This document shows, in pieces, positions 25,125 through 33,623 of a DNA stretch of 39,791 bases. A program made the position numbers and the translations under genes. Numbering within the stretch: position 1 is the stretch's first letter; every line of letters starts with the position of its first letter. This DNA is from a virus (lineage: Duplodnaviria > Caudoviricetes): IMG/VR virus record IMGVR_UViG_3300037419_001000, positions 1-39,791 of that record. One strand, written 5' to 3'. Under the pieces are notes generated by a model. It was not told the DNA's origin. It searched no databases and saw nothing but the letters and a program-made list of their open reading frames with translations.

Positions 25125-25636
25125 CACGCGATCCTGTAGGTGACGAAGGTGTTGGCCGCGGTCTTGCGGGTGCGGAACCGCGCCGAAGTCGCGATCGCCA
25201 CCACCGCGGCGCCGACATACGTGTGGTCGGTGCCGGCCGTCATCGTGACCGCGCCCGACGAGGAGCCGAGATTGATGACGGTCCACTCGAACGATTCGTC
25301 ATTGTTCGAAGCACCGCCGAGCACGCCTGCGTCGGTCAGCGTCCCGGTCGGCAGCGTCAGCGCGACCGCCGAAGCGGAGGTTGCCGTGATGATGCGCGTC
25401 TGCAACTCGGCGATGGTCAGTGTCGCGCTGCCGGTCTTGGCCGTCGGCGTGGGCTGGATGCCGGCGCTCCCGCCGCCGAGCGAGCGCCACGCCGACGCGC
25501 CCGACGGAGCATAATTGAGCTTGCCGGTGTCGGTCTCGAAATAGAACTGGAACGTGTCCGCCGAGCAGTCGGGGACGGTCGGCTTGTTGGCTGCGAGACC
25601 CTTCCGAACCGCTCCGAGCCAGAGATTGTCAGCCAT
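25124..25636 (-). CDS. Capsid decoration / cement-like protein
   Basis: Directly after the coat gene; ATLTIAEL..II...LTLPTG...ARFRTRKTAANTFVTYRI; AAGGAG SD. Confidence 0.7.
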   Translation of the reverse strand: MADNLWLGAVRKGLAANKPTVPDCSADTFQFYFETDTGKLNYAPSGASAWRSLGGGSAGIQPTPTAKTGSATLTIAELQTRIITATSASAVALTLPTGTLTDAGVLGGASNNDESFEWTVINLGSSSGAVTMTAGTDHTYVGAAVVAIATSARFRTRKTAANTFVTYRIA

Positions 25637-25698
25637 GCTTTAGCACTCCTTGAAGTGCTGGCCGGAGGAAGGGGTACAAACCACCGACCAGCATGACG

Positions 25699-27039
25699 TT
25701 ACGAACCGCTGATCTGGTAGCCCATGAGCGGATCGAGGTTCTGCGCGCCGAACAGGCAGTCCCACCGATGGACGTGGGCGCCGGTCGAGATGTCGGACCC
25801 GCGCCAGTAGCGGATGGAGATGCCGGTATCGGGGTCGTTGGCGAAGCTCGATTCCCCGGTGAAGGGCTTCTGCAGCTGCGCCGAGACCATCGTGATCGCG
25901 CTCTTGGTCCAGGCCGCGCGGACGCGGCGGGTCGTGGACGCGACGCCGAGGTGCGTGACCGCAGCCCCGTCGACCGCCGCCGCATTGCAGGTCGCAAACG
26001 CGGTGTTGGCCGCCGTCGAAACGCCGTCCGAGGTGTTGGGGACGATGATCGGAGGGCTGATGTAGAGGTCGATGTCGCCGCCCGAGTCCGTGGTGATCGC
26101 GGTGCCAAGCGCCGAACCGACGGCGACAGTGCCGGTCGCGGTGGAAGCGCCGCCGAGCACGGTGAACACCTGCAGATAGGGAAGCGTCACCTGGTTGCGC
26201 CAATCGTAGGCGTACACGTTGTCGATGGTGAACTGCTCGCCGACGACGATCGTCTTGCCCGAGGTCTGGCCGTCGATGTGCAGCGTCTGGTACATCGTGG
26301 TCTTGACGTCGCGGTAGTTGACGCTGAGCGTGCCGTTGTCGATCAGCGAGGTCGAACCGGCGACGCGGCTGCCGACGGTAATCGACGGGCACTGCTGGGT
26401 CGCATAGACGTCGATCTCGCTCAGGATCGGAACGCGCGCCTTCTCGAGGGCCGTGCGGTTCACGTCCTGGATGTTGCCGCCGATGAGAGAGCCACGGATT
26501 TCCTCGGCATCGTCGAACAGGACCGTCGCAACGAGGTCGCTGTTGGGGACGCCGTTGTTCATCAGCCGCGTGTGGACCCGGTTGAACTCCGCCGGTGAGC
26601 CGATGTTGTTCGACGGGTCGGTGCTGAACGTGCCCGTGCCGATGTAGCCCGAGAACTTCGCGACCTGCCGCTGCAGGTGCGCGTCCATCTGGTGCGCCAG
26701 GGTCGAGGCGGCCGACTTCATCGTCTCGTTCCGCATGAGCTCGTTGAAGCTCTGGACGTATTCGATGTCGCCGACGCTGATGTGGACCTTGGCGTACTGG
26801 TCGACCGCGACGTTGACCGAGCCGGTGATGATGTCCTGCGCCGCAAGCGCCGCCGAGAGCGCGGACGAATCGTTTCGGGCGAAGCGCGGCGGCCGCTTGA
26901 CGGAAACGGTCAGCCCGTTCTCGTCCGTGACCTTGTTCTCGAACTTGCCCGCGACCAGCTTGCCCGTGACGAGCTGGTTCTTGGCGAGCAGGAGCATCGT
27001 GTTCGCATATTCCTGGGCATTGAGAAACTGATTTGCCAT
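25699..27039 (-). CDS. Major capsid protein (P22 coat gp5 family)
   Basis: 446 aa; MANQFL...LKNQLV-type start, TVSVKRPPRF, GISIRYWR...RWDCLFG; GGAGG SD. Confidence 0.92.
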   Translation of the reverse strand: MANQFLNAQEYANTMLLLAKNQLVTGKLVAGKFENKVTDENGLTVSVKRPPRFARNDSSALSAALAAQDIITGSVNVAVDQYAKVHISVGDIEYVQSFNELMRNETMKSAASTLAHQMDAHLQRQVAKFSGYIGTGTFSTDPSNNIGSPAEFNRVHTRLMNNGVPNSDLVATVLFDDAEEIRGSLIGGNIQDVNRTALEKARVPILSEIDVYATQQCPSITVGSRVAGSTSLIDNGTLSVNYRDVKTTMYQTLHIDGQTSGKTIVVGEQFTIDNVYAYDWRNQVTLPYLQVFTVLGGASTATGTVAVGSALGTAITTDSGGDIDLYISPPIIVPNTSDGVSTAANTAFATCNAAAVDGAAVTHLGVASTTRRVRAAWTKSAITMVSAQLQKPFTGESSFANDPDTGISIRYWRGSDISTGAHVHRWDCLFGAQNLDPLMGYQISGS

Positions 27040-27186
27040 GACGGCCTCCGATGAGCTGGGATCTCACCGGGGCGCGGAGAAAGCCGGGAAGGCGCTGCCC
27101 TGGTCATCTGTCACAGACACGAGCGTCGGTCCCGACCGTCACTCGCCGCGAATGGCCGTTCTTATCGCATGAAAATCCGGGCCGGG

Positions 27187-27200
27187 GGGTGTGCGTTGTT
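27187..27200 (-). promoter_or_regulatory. Late-promoter box copy B (AACAACGCACACCC-N20-GATAAG)
   Basis: Exact 14-mer in the intergenic region upstream of the coat gene. Confidence 0.8.
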
Positions 27201-27225
27201 TGCGCGGTGTGGCAAGGGCGCGGAG

Positions 27226-27813
27226 ATGCGTCTGCTCGATCTCTTCCGAAGAGTGGGAACCGGCTCAAAGGGCTGTTACGCCCCGGCGTATGAAATGCTG
27301 CTCCGCGACAGGCGCGAGAGCGTTGAAGCCTTGCTCGAAATTGGCATCGGGACGCTCGACCCGAAAGCTCCCTCGACAATGTTCGGTTGGGCCGATGCGG
27401 ACTATAAGCCCGGCGCCTCGCTCAGGGCATGGCGTGACTATTTCCCCCGCGCACAGATTTTCGGCGTCGACATTTGGGCGGGAACGCAGTTCGTCGAGGA
27501 GCGGATCAGAACCTTCCTCTGCAATTCGACTGACCCTGACGCCACGGCCAAGCTCGACATCCCCGGGCTCGACGTCATCATCGATGACGGCTCACATGCG
27601 AGCGAAGACCAGCTTGCGACCCTCCGAAACTTCTTCCCCAAGCTAAAGGCGGGCGGATTCTATTTCATCGAAGACATCGGAAGCACCGAGCCGCTTTACC
27701 GGACGCCGCGCCTTGTCGAGCCGATCATCGGCGATAGCCATTGGTTCGCGATCTCAGATGACGACCAGAAGCTTAGCCGCTGGAAGATGATCGTGATCCG
27801 CAAGCGGTTATGA
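27226..27813 (+). CDS. Class I SAM-dependent methyltransferase (Methyltransf_24-like) moron
   Basis: LLEIGIG (motif I), GASLRAWRDYFP, IFGVDI, LDVIIDDGSH, LKAGGFYFIED; opposite strand to all late genes. Confidence 0.9.
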   Translation: MRLLDLFRRVGTGSKGCYAPAYEMLLRDRRESVEALLEIGIGTLDPKAPSTMFGWADADYKPGASLRAWRDYFPRAQIFGVDIWAGTQFVEERIRTFLCNSTDPDATAKLDIPGLDVIIDDGSHASEDQLATLRNFFPKLKAGGFYFIEDIGSTEPLYRTPRLVEPIIGDSHWFAISDDDQKLSRWKMIVIRKRL

Positions 27814-28530
27814 GCAGAGCGCCTGAAGAATCTTCGGGTTGGCGATGTGCCGATACCCCAGCCACCGCCGAAGGGTTGGCGTGGCGTTGAGGTTCCTGCG
27901 CCAGATGTAGAAGTTGAAGCGATCGAACACCGAAAAATCGGTGTGAGGCGCGGGGACGTAGGATACGACGGGGCCAGCATCGACGGAGGTCATGCACAGG
28001 CTCGGGCTGATCGAATATGAGATGCGGTGGTCCCCGACCGTTAGGGGAGCTCTGACAAGCGCGCGAACTTCGGCGTCGATGTTGTTTTTGTCCTCCATGT
28101 AAAAGCCGTCGAAGGTGCCGGGCGCGCCGCTCCAGAACTCCGCGCCTGGTCCTACTGCGCGGCCGTCAGTCTCCGAAAAATTGCTTGCGAAGACCACGAC
28201 AGCCAGCTCACCGTCGCCGGAGAACTGGACGTTAATGTCGAACACGCCTGAGTGGGTGGGCGTGATCGGCGCGAAGAACTCCGGCGTTGAGAACACGCTG
28301 TCGGAAGCCGACGCCTGGGTTGCTGTGATCTGCAGGCCCTCGCCCGCAACCGCCGCGGCGACGTTGTGGTACGGGTCGAGAATGTCGGCGAAGCTGCGCG
28401 AAACGCCATCGGTGTCGACGTAATGGCCGTTCTGGAAATCGACGATGGCGATCGGCGCCGGTAATGCAAACGAACCGCCCGTGCCTATGCCAAGGCCCAG
28501 GCCAAGACCTATTCCAAGATCACGCGACAC
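27808..28530 (-). CDS. Head-spike fibre paralogue 2
   Basis: N-terminal RDLGIGLGLGLGIG; beta-rich lectin-like body collinear with 28535-29230. Confidence 0.7.
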   Translation of the reverse strand: MSRDLGIGLGLGLGIGTGGSFALPAPIAIVDFQNGHYVDTDGVSRSFADILDPYHNVAAAVAGEGLQITATQASASDSVFSTPEFFAPITPTHSGVFDINVQFSGDGELAVVVFASNFSETDGRAVGPGAEFWSGAPGTFDGFYMEDKNNIDAEVRALVRAPLTVGDHRISYSISPSLCMTSVDAGPVVSYVPAPHTDFSVFDRFNFYIWRRNLNATPTLRRWLGYRHIANPKILQALCS

Positions 28531-28534
28531 CCTC

Positions 28535-29230
28535 TTAAAGCGCCCGCAAGACCGCAGTGTCGGTAATCAGAGAATAGAAGTCTAGGGAGCGACAGGTGAT
28601 CTTCGCCCCGTCGACTCCGTTGATCCAAATGTAGTTGAAGAATTGCATGTAGGCCGAGAACTTGGTTGGATCGACCGGAGAATATGGGGCGACAGCGCCG
28701 TGGTTGACGCAAAAGAGACAACCCGCCGGATCGAGGCTTTGGACGATGCGATAGTCGCCGGTGACCAGCGGGGCCAGGAACGGCGTAAGGACTTGGCTGC
28801 CTGAGGCCTTGTCGTCGATATAGAGGCCGTTGAAGCCTCCGAATATGTCGGCGCCGGAGCCGATGCTGCTTGAGGCTCCGTCATCGTCCAGAACCTCAAA
28901 CGAGAGGTTGCTGCCCGCGCCGACCACGACCGAAACATCGAAGACCGCCGTATTCGACGCGCCGACCGCTGCGAACAGCTCGGGCGTCGAAAGCACGAAA
29001 TCCGACGCGCTCGCCGTGCCTTGCAACACCCACCCCTCGCCTGGAACGACAGACGAATGGTCGAAGCCGGTCAGGCATTCGGCGAGCGTCTTGCTCGATC
29101 CCCCGAAGCTGTACGCTTCATCGGCGAAATGGAGCGATGCGTTCGGGTTGGGAGTCAGGCTGACAGGTGGCCTGCAAATGCCGCCGAGCTCCAAGCCAAT
29201 GCCAATACCTATGCCGAGGTCGCGCGCCAC
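28535..29230 (-). CDS. Head-spike fibre paralogue 1
   Basis: GAGGAG SD, GTG 29230; N-terminal RDLGIGIGIGLELGG; shares GEG, ASD, STPE.FA, VFD, DK, APL..GD.RI and YIW motifs with the paralogue. Confidence 0.7.
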   Translation of the reverse strand: MARDLGIGIGIGLELGGICRPPVSLTPNPNASLHFADEAYSFGGSSKTLAECLTGFDHSSVVPGEGWVLQGTASASDFVLSTPELFAAVGASNTAVFDVSVVVGAGSNLSFEVLDDDGASSSIGSGADIFGGFNGLYIDDKASGSQVLTPFLAPLVTGDYRIVQSLDPAGCLFCVNHGAVAPYSPVDPTKFSAYMQFFNYIWINGVDGAKITCRSLDFYSLITDTAVLRAL

Positions 29231-29243
29231 TGCCGGCTCCTCG

Positions 29244-29474
29244 TCACTCGACGTTGTAGAGCGCCCACAGCGAGCCGGTCGAAATGCTCGATGCCTTGGT
29301 CGCCTGGATCGGGTTGATGCCCTTGATGAGGGCATAGCCCGTCACCACGCGGCCGCTCGCGAACGTGATCGTCGCGGTGCAGTCCGCCGAGGCATTGATC
29401 GCGGCGCAGCGCGTGAAAACGGCCCCGTCGACGATCGCTACTGCGTCGCCCGCTGGTCTTGACGATGCTCTCAT
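29244..29474 (-). CDS. Head-spike base protein (RcGTA Rcc01079-like)
   Basis: 76 aa; SRPAGDAVAI...AI...G..VT...GINPIQATK...TGSLWALY; immediately upstream of the LGIGLG-start fibres. Confidence 0.7.
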   Translation of the reverse strand: MRASSRPAGDAVAIVDGAVFTRCAAINASADCTATITFASGRVVTGYALIKGINPIQATKASSISTGSLWALYNVE

Positions 29475-29484
29475 GATACCCTCC

Positions 29485-29751
29485 TCATCCCTCGATTGCC
29501 CGCTTCAGCAGGACTGCCGCTGCCAGGCTGCACGTTTCCAGCTTCGACCGCTTCTCGGCAGCATCCCAGCTATGGGCGTCGGTGAACCTGTAGTCGTTCT
29601 TTTGACCGGAGAGGACGAGCGCGATGGTGGTCGGCGGGGTGTCGTAAGCTTCCGTGAACTCGACAATCCGCGTCGAGCAGAAGTCCAGCAGCTCGCGGCC
29701 AAAGTCTGTTTCCGGCTTGACGCCTTTGCGGATGGGAACGGGCCCGCTCAC
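29485..29751 (-). CDS. Hypothetical protein
   Basis: 88 aa, GTGA overlap with the scaffold gene. Confidence 0.6.
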   Translation of the reverse strand: MSGPVPIRKGVKPETDFGRELLDFCSTRIVEFTEAYDTPPTTIALVLSGQKNDYRFTDAHSWDAAEKRSKLETCSLAAAVLLKRAIEG

Positions 29752-30755
29752 TTCGCCGCCTGCTTAGCCGCCAGCTTCTCGAACGCAGCAAAATTGGTGG
29801 TGTCGGGTCGGACCTCGAACTGGCCCGTCGCGCCCCTTGCCGCATGTTCCGCGGGCTTCGGCGCGCGAGTGACCTTGCGGGCGGTTTCGCCACTGGCGGC
29901 AGCCTTCCCCGCGAGCCGAGCCTTCATGCGGCCGTTGAGGCGCAGCATGTCGAGCGGATCGGCGAGATTGAGGTCGGCATCGTCATTGTCGGCGGGGAGG
30001 AACTCGCCTTCGAGCTCACCCAAAGCAACAGCAGCGCCGGGGACGTTGGTCGTCGCCAGCTTCTCGATCTTCTCGGCCGTGGCCGGGTCTGTCGCCAAGC
30101 GGTAGGTGATGTCCGCGCCGACGGGCGAAACCGCGATTCCGATGTTGAGCAGCGGCGGCATCGGTTCGCCGCCGCGCGCTTCGACCGCCTCGGCGATCTT
30201 CTCCTCGAAATCCTCATACTTCTCGGCTCCGGCCTTCCCTGCCGCAGCGAGACCGTCCTCGAGCTTGCCGATGACCTCGGCGACGGCGGCGTGTTCGTAA
30301 TTCTTCTTCTTCGCTTCACCCTCGTCGGCGCGTTTCTTCGCGTCGCGGACCTCGAGCTTCCAGTCCTGCCGCGCCTCCTGGTAATCGGGATCGGCCTTGC
30401 CGAACTCGTAATCTTCCTCCTTGGGTTCCTTGGCCATCACCTCGTCGAGCGTCGGCGCCGGCTCCTGCCCCGCCAGCTTAGCCTCCAGCTCGGCGATGCG
30501 CCTATCCTTCTCGGCGTTGCGGGCGGTGAGGATGTCCACGCGCTTCGACCACGGGCGGCTGCGCTCCTTCTTCGCCGCTTCCTCGGCCTTCTGCTCCTCG
30601 GTCAGCTCCGGCGCTTCCTCGCCGCCTAGCTCGAGCGTGTCGTCGGCGGCTTCCTCGGTGCGCGCTTCCTCCGCAGGCGGCTCGGCGGCCTTCGCATCGG
30701 CCTCGAACTTCGCGAAATCGTTTTCGGGTTCAGTCTGCTGCGTGTCGTCGGTCAT
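29748..30755 (-). CDS. Scaffolding protein
   Basis: Highly acidic and helical, KRVDILTAR coiled coil, EP..EDY, RKVTRAPKP; between portal and coat. Confidence 0.85.
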   Translation of the reverse strand: MTDDTQQTEPENDFAKFEADAKAAEPPAEEARTEEAADDTLELGGEEAPELTEEQKAEEAAKKERSRPWSKRVDILTARNAEKDRRIAELEAKLAGQEPAPTLDEVMAKEPKEEDYEFGKADPDYQEARQDWKLEVRDAKKRADEGEAKKKNYEHAAVAEVIGKLEDGLAAAGKAGAEKYEDFEEKIAEAVEARGGEPMPPLLNIGIAVSPVGADITYRLATDPATAEKIEKLATTNVPGAAVALGELEGEFLPADNDDADLNLADPLDMLRLNGRMKARLAGKAAASGETARKVTRAPKPAEHAARGATGQFEVRPDTTNFAAFEKLAAKQAAK

Positions 30756-32947
30756 GCCGCAATGTCCTCGTTGTCGTCAGGCGCCGGTGGCGTATAGGGT
30801 TTTAGCGCGATGATGCGCTTGGTGATGGCGTTGTAAGCTTCGATCTCGTTGCGCTGCATTCCCTCGGGGTCAGACGTGCCGCCGAGCTCGGCGACGGCTT
30901 TCATCGCCTCCGCCTGCGCCTTGGCCGCATTCGCCTCGGCTTGGTCGGCCTGCGCCGTCTTGAGCCGGAGATCCTGCAGCACCATCAGCGGATTGGGCTG
31001 GGCCTCGCCTTGGCCTTCCGACTGCGCCTCGGACACGGCCTTGATCGCGTCGGCCTTGGCCTTGGCGGCGTTCGCCTCCTTCAGCTCGACGTCGGCGACA
31101 GCGCCTCGCGCCTGGATTTGCTCGGCGAGCTGCGCCTTTTGCGCCTGCTGCTCTTTCTGCTGCTGCTGCTCCGGGCTGAGGTCTTCGTTGGCATCGTCGC
31201 CCAAGACTTGCGGCGGAACGGTGTTCTTCAGCCGCTCCTTCAAGGCGTCGCCGTTCACGAGGTCCATTTCCCCGACGATGATGTCCGGGGCCGCCTGCGC
31301 GATCATCGGCGCCTGCTTGGCCAAATCCATCAGCTGGGCGACGCCTTCCTGCCGTCTCGTGGCGAAGGTCGGGCCGGTCGTGACCGTCACGTCGTACTTG
31401 CCGACGGCGAGGTCCGGAACCGCCGCAGAAACACCCTTGTATTGCTTCACCGCGGCCTGATAGCGCGGGTCGTTCTCGCCCTGCGTGAATTGCGCCGGGT
31501 CGGGATTGCCGTTCGCGAGCATCATCGGATCGTTGATGCGGATCAGCTTGACGCCGAGGTCGGGCCCCACCGTCCGGATCGTCCGCGCCGTGTCGTAGAC
31601 CTGCGGGATCAGCGCATTGATGACCTCGCCTGCCTCACGCTGCGCCGCGAGCATGTTGTCGTGGTAGACGATCGCCGCAATATCGCCTTCCTTCTGGCGG
31701 GCAAGGATCGCCCTCCCGCTCTGCTCGTTCGACGGCATCCCGCGCGACGCTTCGTGGATGCCGGTCACGTCCATCATGTCCTGCGCGCACATCTCCTCCT
31801 CGCGGAGCAGCGCGCCGAGATTGTTGTTCGTGACCTCGGTCGGGGCCTGGGCGCCGTCGTTGTAGATCAGCGCATTCTCGAAATCGCCCTCGCGGCCCTC
31901 AACTGCCGACGCCGGAGCGAAGAAGTTGACCCGCGGCGCCCGCATCAGCAGCTCGGCGCGGATCGATCGGTTGTAATTCTTGTAGCGCTGGCTGTCGCGG
32001 AGGAACCGGACGAGCCCGAACCGCACCCTGCCGTCCTCGGTCCATATCTCGCGGCCCATGACGCGGATGATCGGCAGCCGCGGCAGCTTCAGCTCGTAGG
32101 GGTCGGTCAGCGCCTCGAGTCCGTTGGTCATCTGCTTGACCGCGTACTTGCACTTCGCCTTCTCGCGGATCACCGGCTCGCCAGTCTGCGGGTCAACGAA
32201 CACGTCCCCGCGCCACTTCTTCTCGGGGAGGTCGGTGACATCGTGCACCGAGCCGTCCTTCATCATCGCGAAGGTCCGCAGCTTCTCGACGATCTTCCAA
32301 TATTCCTGCGGATGAACCGTGTCGTCGTCGCCCCAGAAGGCGCCAGCATCCTTGGCAATCATCGCCGGCTTGGCCGCATCGGGGTAAGCGCGCTCATATT
32401 CGTCGGCCGTCATGGTATCGGCGACGAAGCACCAGCCAGCATCGTTGGCGGTCGGGTCGTTTGCCAGCGGGTCCCATTTGACCGCCAGCGGATGCGGGAT
32501 GTCGCGGATGAAGATGTCGCGCTCGAACGCATCCTCATAGGCGTAATCGATGTCGACCCGGAAGTTGCTGATGCCGCACGACGCGGCATAGGCGAGCGAG
32601 GAGGCATAAACCCGGTCGGCCTTCGACTGCAGCTCGATCGAGCGGATGAGTTCGGAGCGGATTTCGGCAACCGTCTTGTCGCCGTCCTCGCGCGGCAGGA
32701 CCTTGATCGATGTTTCGTTCGCCCGCCAGTCGCCCACGACCTGGGCCGTGAACTGCTGCGTCGTGTTGACCGTCAGGCACGGCAACGGGAACGGGCGGTT
32801 GCTCTCGCGGTACTGGCGGATTGCCGGATCCCACTGCTCGCCAGCCTCGAACTTCAGGTCGATGTTGGCCTGCTCGCAGTTCTTCGAATCCGCTTCCTCG
32901 GCGGCGGCATAGCGCTCGCGGACCTCGGTGGCGAAGGCGTCAGCCAT
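30752..32947 (-). CDS. Portal protein (P22-like)
   Basis: 731 aa; DLKFEAGEQW, PCLTVN, GLVRFLRDSQRYKN, SGRAILARQKEG, GKYDVTVTTGPTFATRRQE. Confidence 0.95.
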   Translation of the reverse strand: MADAFATEVRERYAAAEEADSKNCEQANIDLKFEAGEQWDPAIRQYRESNRPFPLPCLTVNTTQQFTAQVVGDWRANETSIKVLPREDGDKTVAEIRSELIRSIELQSKADRVYASSLAYAASCGISNFRVDIDYAYEDAFERDIFIRDIPHPLAVKWDPLANDPTANDAGWCFVADTMTADEYERAYPDAAKPAMIAKDAGAFWGDDDTVHPQEYWKIVEKLRTFAMMKDGSVHDVTDLPEKKWRGDVFVDPQTGEPVIREKAKCKYAVKQMTNGLEALTDPYELKLPRLPIIRVMGREIWTEDGRVRFGLVRFLRDSQRYKNYNRSIRAELLMRAPRVNFFAPASAVEGREGDFENALIYNDGAQAPTEVTNNNLGALLREEEMCAQDMMDVTGIHEASRGMPSNEQSGRAILARQKEGDIAAIVYHDNMLAAQREAGEVINALIPQVYDTARTIRTVGPDLGVKLIRINDPMMLANGNPDPAQFTQGENDPRYQAAVKQYKGVSAAVPDLAVGKYDVTVTTGPTFATRRQEGVAQLMDLAKQAPMIAQAAPDIIVGEMDLVNGDALKERLKNTVPPQVLGDDANEDLSPEQQQQKEQQAQKAQLAEQIQARGAVADVELKEANAAKAKADAIKAVSEAQSEGQGEAQPNPLMVLQDLRLKTAQADQAEANAAKAQAEAMKAVAELGGTSDPEGMQRNEIEAYNAITKRIIALKPYTPPAPDDNEDIAA

Positions 32948-33122
32948 TCTTCGGCTCCGCGAGTTTGATCAGACCGAAGCCCATCGTGATTGTGACGCCG
33001 TTCGGGCAGCGGAACTCTGTCGGCGCCGTGCACAGGACACCAAGTTCGAGAGCTTCCTGCCACGAGTCCGCATCGACACGCGGCCAAAGCTCGTCGATGC
33101 CATCCTTGCGGGGCTCAGCCAT
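32940..33122 (-). CDS. Micro-ORF between terL and portal
   Basis: MAEPRKDGIDELWPRVDADSWQEALELGV...; ATGGCTGA overlaps at both ends. Confidence 0.55.
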   Translation of the reverse strand: MAEPRKDGIDELWPRVDADSWQEALELGVLCTAPTEFRCPNGVTITMGFGLIKLAEPKNG

Positions 33123-33312
33123 CGGACTCGCCGTATTGCTCGACAAGCCACGCGGCTAAGTCTTCGATGCGATCGAACGCGAAGGTGGGTGGCACGAGGT
33201 AGTTGCTCGCGGCCTCGTTTACCGTAAGCGTGAAGCCGCGGACACAGCGACAAAATGAAAGCGCGTTGAACGCTCCACGGTCGAAGCCGCCATCGTTCGT
33301 TTTCTCAGCCAT
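33115..33312 (-). CDS. Micro-ORF between terL and portal
   Basis: MAEKTNDGGFDRGAFNALSF...FAFDRIEDLAAWLVEQYG; ATGGCTGA overlaps. Confidence 0.55.
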   Translation of the reverse strand: MAEKTNDGGFDRGAFNALSFCRCVRGFTLTVNEAASNYLVPPTFAFDRIEDLAAWLVEQYGESDG

Positions 33313-33487
33313 TGGCGCCAACCATCTCGAACTCGCCGGAGCGGATGCGGGCCTTGGCCGCTTCAACCCCGTTTGCGGGCAGAACCCAAAAGTCGAGCTG
33401 ATCGAACTCGCGCCCGCGCTTCGCCCAGCGCAGGCAGATCGTGCCGTTGCGTAGGCGCGTCTCGGTGAAGATGTAATCAGCAGCCAT
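33305..33487 (-). CDS. Micro-ORF between terL and portal
   Basis: GAGGA SD; 60 aa MAADYIFTETRLRNGTICLRW... Confidence 0.55.
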   Translation of the reverse strand: MAADYIFTETRLRNGTICLRWAKRGREFDQLDFWVLPANGVEAAKARIRSGEFEMVGANG

Positions 33488-33623
33488 ACCGCCAATTCCT
33501 CAAGCCTTCTTGCCGTACGGCGTGGTAATCGGGGATTGTGAGCGGCGAGCGCGCCTCTGGCTGACACACCTTCATCAACATTGCGAACCATCGCTCGCAG
33601 CGGGTAGGCGGATCGTGTCTCAC
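33477..33623 (-). CDS. Possible 48-aa micro-ORF after terL
   Basis: GTGA overlap with the terL stop; MRHDPPTRCERWFAMLMKVCQPEARSPLTIPDYHAVRQEGLRNWRYGC. Confidence 0.4.
   Translation of the reverse strand: MRHDPPTRCERWFAMLMKVCQPEARSPLTIPDYHAVRQEGLRNWRYGC

Noticed and set aside
25640-25660. CIRCE-like TTAGCACTC half site
   Set aside because: The spacer is not 9 nt and the right arm is imperfect; better explained as an SD-containing hairpin.
30941-32968. 675-aa + strand ORF and other long antisense ORFs (e.g. 3342-4271, 25693-26598, 33731-34777, 37001-38326)
   Set aside because: Shadow frames of well-supported genes in high-GC DNA; no recognisable motifs.
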